Below are positions 58,600-64,000 of a stretch of 64,000 bases of DNA, piece by piece. Numbering within the stretch: the stretch's first letter is position 1; each line of letters starts with the position of its first letter. The stretch comes from Klebsormidium nitens (lineage: Eukaryota; Plantae; Klebsormidiophyceae), in contig DF237072.1 in the NCBI GenBank assembly GCA_000708835.1, forward strand, positions 121,779-185,778, given 5' to 3'. A program made the position numbers and the translations under genes. Under the pieces are notes generated by a model. The model did not search any database, was not told the DNA's origin, and saw only the letters and a list, made by a program, of their open reading frames with translations.

Positions 58600-61500
58600 C
58601 GCTGCGGCGCGGACGCATTAGGTTTAGAAGGTTTGTCATACAGCCGGGTTATAGCCCGGGTTAAGAAGAGAACCACGGTAAACTGGCCAACTTTGATTTA
58701 CCTTGCTTTGCAAGCTCTGCTTTTGCCAAGGTTTGGCAGGGACGTCAGGAGTGAGCATGGCGCCCATGAACACCAGGAACGCCGCTTGCAGCTTAGCTGG
58801 ACTCCATTGGAAGGGAACCTGCAGCTCCAAAGTGCAAGCCTGTGCATGTGACAGTACAGCATTGCAACTTACAAGCTGCTTTCAAAAGGATGGGAGTAGC
58901 AGTGACAAGAGCCGGCGGCGGTTGTTCGGGCAGCTCTGAATGACTTGTGAGTTTCCATCCTTGATATTGGTTGATAGTCTTCTTTTTGAAGATTGGAAAC
59001 TGGTCATTCTGCAATCTCCTGAGAAGTAGCTCAGGATCTAGACCCAGTTAAGAAGTGGTGTTCCAGATTCATGTGGCCTCTCAGCCATGCAAGCTGCTGC
59101 TAGAACTGTTTTGACAGGCTTTGCTTGACACCAACCATCCGGGCCGGGGGGGTTTTGTGAAGCAGTTGATACTCGATTCTGATGGATGCCAGGCGAATAG
59201 CTTTCAGAAGCTGCATTTTGCTGCTTGCCACCAGAGTCTTAGACTCATTTACAGTTGGCGGTTTCCATCAAAGCCTCTGCTCAATGGCGGCTCTTACGTT
59301 TATACATCCATCCTGGGAACTGCATGAGTGATTGGAGGGCCTGGATCATGCCCAATTCGAAAGCTGGAGACACGGGCCAATTTGCTAAAAAGTAGTGTTG
59401 GATGGATTGGTCTGTGATTGTGATCATGCGATCGTCATTGTTATGTTTTTCAAGGAGCTGTCTGCAATAGTGATGGGTGGCGCAAACAGAGTTGCCAAGT
59501 CCGCAGAATCTCAATTCACGCTGTGAGTCAGTGATGACAAGTCTTTTCGTTCGACCTTGGCAGGTTTTGTATGGCTAAAGTCCTGGTCTTCCAAACAGCA
59601 GATATCCTTGTGAGTCTCAATTCAGCTGCAGAGGTGCAACCACAGTGTCCGCAGAAACGAAGCTTCGCCATCTCAATACTGACTCCTTCTGTTTGTAGTA
59701 ACCAATCTAAGCAGCGAGCTGACTGAGCTTGTCACGTCTGTTGCAGGATCTGAGGAGCGGCGTCAAGGTGCTGCGGGGTGCGTCGGGCTGTCGAGGTTGA
59801 GCAAGGCTGTCCTCAGGGTACGCGCGAAATGGGGAGCGGCCGGTTGGTCATAAGCTATGCACCCGGTAAATAAAACCTTACTCTTTTGGACCCTCTTCAA
59901 CTTTAAATGATGCGGTCGCATGTTCTGTCTGTTGACTTTCGTTCACCTAGTTCTCAGACCTGAGCCTAAGTCATGGGGGTGGAACTCTGCCTTTCTTTGC
60001 GACTTTGCGGTCTCACTCTCACGGTCTGAAGAGTCCGGTTTTCGTGATTTTTTTTGGCGTCTGCGAAGTTGTGATCCCTTTTCATTGCGTGCTTGTTATT
60101 CAGCTCCTGCTTAATTTTCTGCTCACGGAACCACACGCTTGTCCTGGTATCTTGTTGAAAGTTGCACACTTGTCCTCAGTCTGTTGTTTTTGAAGACGTG
60201 GCTTTTTAAAACCTATGTCTACTACTTTGGTGGGCTCAATATTTCAGGCGCTCTTGGGCGTCTGCAGAGTTGTGATTTTAGTTTCTGCAGAGTTGTGACT
60301 TAGTTTCATGACGATGCTGTGACAGGCCAGCTTCTGACGCATCTGCCAACAGAGCAATGCACACGAATCTTTGAGCCCCGGCAAAAGTTGAACCTTGAAA
60401 TCCGCCTCTGGCCAAGAAGAGGTTAAATCTGTGCATGCAGATTGCTTAGGATTGCAATTCTGACGCCAAACTCATGCTATGCTGGAGAACATCTCATGCT
60501 TTCAGTCCCGATCTGTCATTTTTGCGAATTTCTTGTTTTACAACGGTTGGCTAGAGCTGTAAAGGCGACTTCTGTGACGAACCTAGCGAAAATTGGCCGT
60601 TGCTCACCCTCCGCTCGTTTGCACGAACTTCTCAACATCAATATCTCGTCAATCTCCGGACCTGCGGGTCTATAAGTGAAGCTTGTGAGCTCCTTGCTTA
60701 ATTGGACGGCCCACCCGTTTGGCCAATATTCAACAATCAGATTTGCTAAACCACTAATAAACCACTAATCAAAGATTTTTGGTGACTCCTGTTTTGCATC
60801 TTATGTTCCAGTGCAAGAGGTGAAAACTGCCTGTCGAGCTGGTCTTACACTTTCCGCCAATGATGATCTTCAGCCTCCTGACACAAGGACATGGGATCCG
60901 CTTCCTAGGATAAGATGCGCTCTACACATAGCGTGTCCAACCAGGTGGTTTGCAATCCAGCTGTCTCGTCTGCCTTACGCCAATTTTTCCTCTTATCGTG
61001 CTTCTTTATGAGTTAATGTTAGTCCGCATCTATCTTCTCGTCAAGCTTTCTGTTGTTTTTGACAACCTCGCGCACTCGCTGCTCTTGCTGTGGAGGTCTC
61101 CTACGTGTGTATCAAATGGTTTGAAAAAGACAGTCCTTATGCCATGCTTGTGTCTGCGGCCTCGCTCGCGACATGCTTGAATGTTCTTCTGTTTGTGTAA
61201 GGGTTCAAACACCTCGTCCCTTTTGTTTGTATTGCTCGTTCTTGGAACGTCGGCTGCCCCTTTTTGTGCCATACTCCTGTCGCAGCATACATGAAGCTGG
61301 CGTCCCAGTCTGGCAGGAAATGAGCACAGCCTGCATGCTGTTCTGAAGGCCAGTGTAATCCGCTTTTGCATGAAAATCCTGCCGGTAGTGCTGCGGTTGA
61401 GTTGTTTCTTGTGACCAACGCCCGGCTGCCAAGCTACGAGATTGTGGACATCTCCCAAATTGGTCTGGCCAAAGAGGGTTCACCTTCACAATGGCACTGA

Positions 61501-63380
61501 GATTTGGGTGCTAAGAGTGCTGATGGTCGAGCATACGCCGTCGTGTCTTGTTGTAAGGCGTAGACTAATTGGACCAGGTTGCAAGGTGAACATGAATCAA
61601 TAACTTGATCTGACTAGCTTTGCAATTTCTTCCCACCTGCCGGCAACGTCCTATGAAGGCCTTGAAGGCTTGCTCGCCGTTACTATATGGACTCTCGATA
61701 GAGAAGTGTCCTGGTGAAGAGTGTTATCTCCACCTTTGCGATGACTTCAAAATCGTTCCACCGGTTCCGGCCACCCTGCATAGAAGTGAGTTCCGGCCCG
61801 GTCGGATGCGACACTTTTACCTTGAAAAGTGCAGCTAGCCACTGGGCCTGTAGTTTTGCATTTCGGACAGATCTCTCTGACCTGATATGATTACTGGCTT
61901 GGCGATGCTGGTAGGACAGGCGGAGACGTCACGTGTTGTTGCTGACTTTACTCGGGTCTCGACTCGAGTCGCCACACTCTGGGAAGAATCCAAGCAGTTG
62001 AGAAACGTGCCTGCTTGTATGCTACATGATGCCGTCTTTGGTTCAAACGTTGGAGGGTGTCGTCTCGTTTGTGTGACGGTGTCGCGCGCCAGCTGGCATG
62101 TGGTGCTGCTAGGATTGGTTTGACTTTCTCCTTGTCTGGTTGTACTTCCGCGGCGATGATAGACGGTAAACCGTTGGTGAAAGCTTCACCAGGCAGCAGA
62201 TCAAGGTCTTTTGATGCCCTGATACGGGATTCTGACTTTAAAAGCTGGGTGCGAAGTTGCCACTTACTCGAAAGAATCGAAGCGGTTGAGAAACTTGCCT
62301 GAATTTGTGCTACACAAACAACGTTCTTGCCTCCTACGTCGGAGAGTGTTGTGTCAAACGGTTAATCAGATTTCCGTGACGGTGTCACACGCCGTCCGGC
62401 ATGTGGTGCTGCTAGGACCGGCTCGACTTTCCGTGTCTGATTGTTCTCAGGCGGCGATGATGATTGCCAAACTCTTGGTGAAGCTTTCACCAAGCAGCAA
62501 GTTCGGGTTTTTGATGCCCGTATGTGGGTTTCTGACCCGAGAATCTGGGCGAAGTTGCCACCTGGAAAGAATTGAAGCAGTTGAGAACCTTGCCTGCTTG
62601 TATTCTGCACAATGACGTCTACTTTGGCCCTTACATCGGAGGAGGTCGTGTCGAACTTTTCGAAGTCCTGCGTAACGGTGTTGCGCACCGACTGGCCTGT
62701 TGTGCTGCTAGAACTGGCTTGACTTTCTCGTTGTCTGCTTGTACTTTCCGCGGCGATGATGAGCGCCCGACTCTTGGTGAGACTCACTAGACAGCAGGTC
62801 ATGGTCCTTGGCGCCCGTATGTGACTTTTTTACTACAATTTAAACTGGTTGCGAAGTTGCCACCTGCTAAAAAAAAAAGAAGAAGTTCAAAAAGTTGCCC
62901 GTTTTGATGCGACACAATAACGTCTTTGGCTCTCACATCTGAGAGTGTCGTGTCGAACTTTTTAAAGTTTACTTTCACAGTGTCACCTTGCCAACTAATA
63001 CGTGGTGTTGCAAAGACTGGCTTGACTTCCTCGTTGTCTAGGTTTGCGGCGACGATGAGGGCCAAACTCTTGGGGACACTCTCACCAGACAGCAGTTGTG
63101 ATCCTTGATGCCCGCATGTGGACGAACATCAGAGTGAAACTGCGTTTTGACCGGCGCCCTTTGGAGAGCATTCAGACTTTCTTCGAACGTCACTTGTCGT
63201 TTCTGCAAACGTTTCAAGGCGCGTCAGAAGATAAGGTATCAATGGTGGTTTGAACTTCCATTTTTGGAACTTCATTTGAACCTCTTCATGAACGGCCTTG
63301 CCCGGCCTGAACAAGATAAGGAAGCGCAGACTCGTGGACTTGGCGTAATATTGCGCAAATGCAAAGAGTGCTCCATTCAA
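58600..63380 (-). pseudogene. Decayed coding region, possibly one multi-exon gene
   Basis: Protein-like fragments 59281-59560 (ending at a GTAAGA donor), 59966-60169, 61030-61458 and 62362-63380, separated by stops. Whether they are one gene is uncertain. Confidence 0.3.
61960..63120 (-). repeat. Four diverged ~295-bp tandem units encoding a ~100-aa repeat
   Basis: Anchor GAAGTTGCCAC (or a variant) at about 61965, 62253, 62551 and 62853. Translations F.KFDTT.SDVRAK..QLL.FF.GGNFA recur. Confidence 0.85.
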
Positions 63381-63427
63381 TTTTCATTCGGAATGCATTA
63401 TGAACTCTGAACGGAATGGCCCCTCTA

Positions 63428-63820
63428 CAGTACCTGGATACGTACGGTGCCTATTTTTAGCACTACGGTACATACTTTACAGTGGAAGAGTACGGTACCG
63501 TATGGTACCGCAGTGCAGTAGGCCCTTGAGTACCGTACGGTGCATGCTAGCTAGGTACAGTAATCTACCGTTTTCCGATTTCCTTCGGACTTCATTCAGA
63601 GTACTCCTGAATCCTGAAGTTCCGGAAAACGGGTCCGGACCGCCGGGTCCCGGCGTGGTTTTTTTTATTGATTTATTTCAAATTTATTCAATATCCCCAA
63701 GCAGGCCCCCCAGCTTCCGGAATTTCAGAATTCAGGAGAAACATGAATGAATCTTCAATGAATTTGGAATATTCAGAATTCTTTCGGGTTTCATTCAGAC
63801 TTCTCCTGAATCCTGAAAAT
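63428..63820. other. GTAC cluster followed by a 37-bp inverted repeat plus a third direct copy, possible transposon end
   Basis: 10 GTAC in 63430-63604. IR arms 63591-63627 and 63715-63751 (~31/37 match). Direct copy at 63790-63818. Confidence 0.4.
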
Positions 63821-63899
63821 TTGACTTGGGCGCCCTTTAAACAGGTATTTAAAATTTAAAAAATCTTAAAAAATAGCAGGGCCACCGGCGTGTGCTGCC

Positions 63900-64000
63900 C
63901 AAGAGTCACCCCCTCACGGACAGTGCCACTTCGTCATCCCCTGCTGTACGCGAGCCCGCGCGCGCGCGGAAGGAGTTTCGCGCGGCGGCCGGCGACCGAG
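63900..64000. promoter_or_regulatory. GCGC-rich island at the window edge
   Basis: CGCGAGCCCGCGCGCGCGCGG..CGCGCGGCGGCCGG. Confidence 0.35.

Noticed and set aside
61030-61458. KHGIRTVFFKP resembling the linker before a Penelope GIY-YIG endonuclease
   Set aside because: No RT motifs upstream and no GIY-YIG motif downstream.

Overview
Eukaryotic, intron-rich genomic DNA with GT-AG introns, GCGC-rich exons and promoter-like islands. The style suggests a streptophyte green alga such as Klebsormidium, but that is inference. Left half: an intronless F-box gene (1305-2321), a 5-exon GT47/exostosin gene (minus, 3416-7953) and, divergently oriented, an 18-exon model (11991-25448). All splice phases of that model join into one ORF of about 1,551 aa: signal peptide, clan-A glycoside-hydrolase-like domain lacking both catalytic Glu, GT4-like domain, two-TM hairpin, GT31. 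Middle: about 12 kb of decayed coding sequence of unknown identity (26.0-38.3 kb), then a 7-exon secreted His-rich beta-propeller gene (39618-47118). Its introns carry 150-190 bp tandem echoes of its own splice junctions, plus a candidate 15-nt microexon. Right: three head-to-head pairs of F-box paralogues, all disrupted (49.1-57.1 kb), a decayed minus-strand gene with four ~300-bp coding repeats, and a GTAC-rich patch with an inverted repeat. No rRNA, convincing tRNA or CRISPR array. All gene models were assembled by hand and lack transcript or database support.
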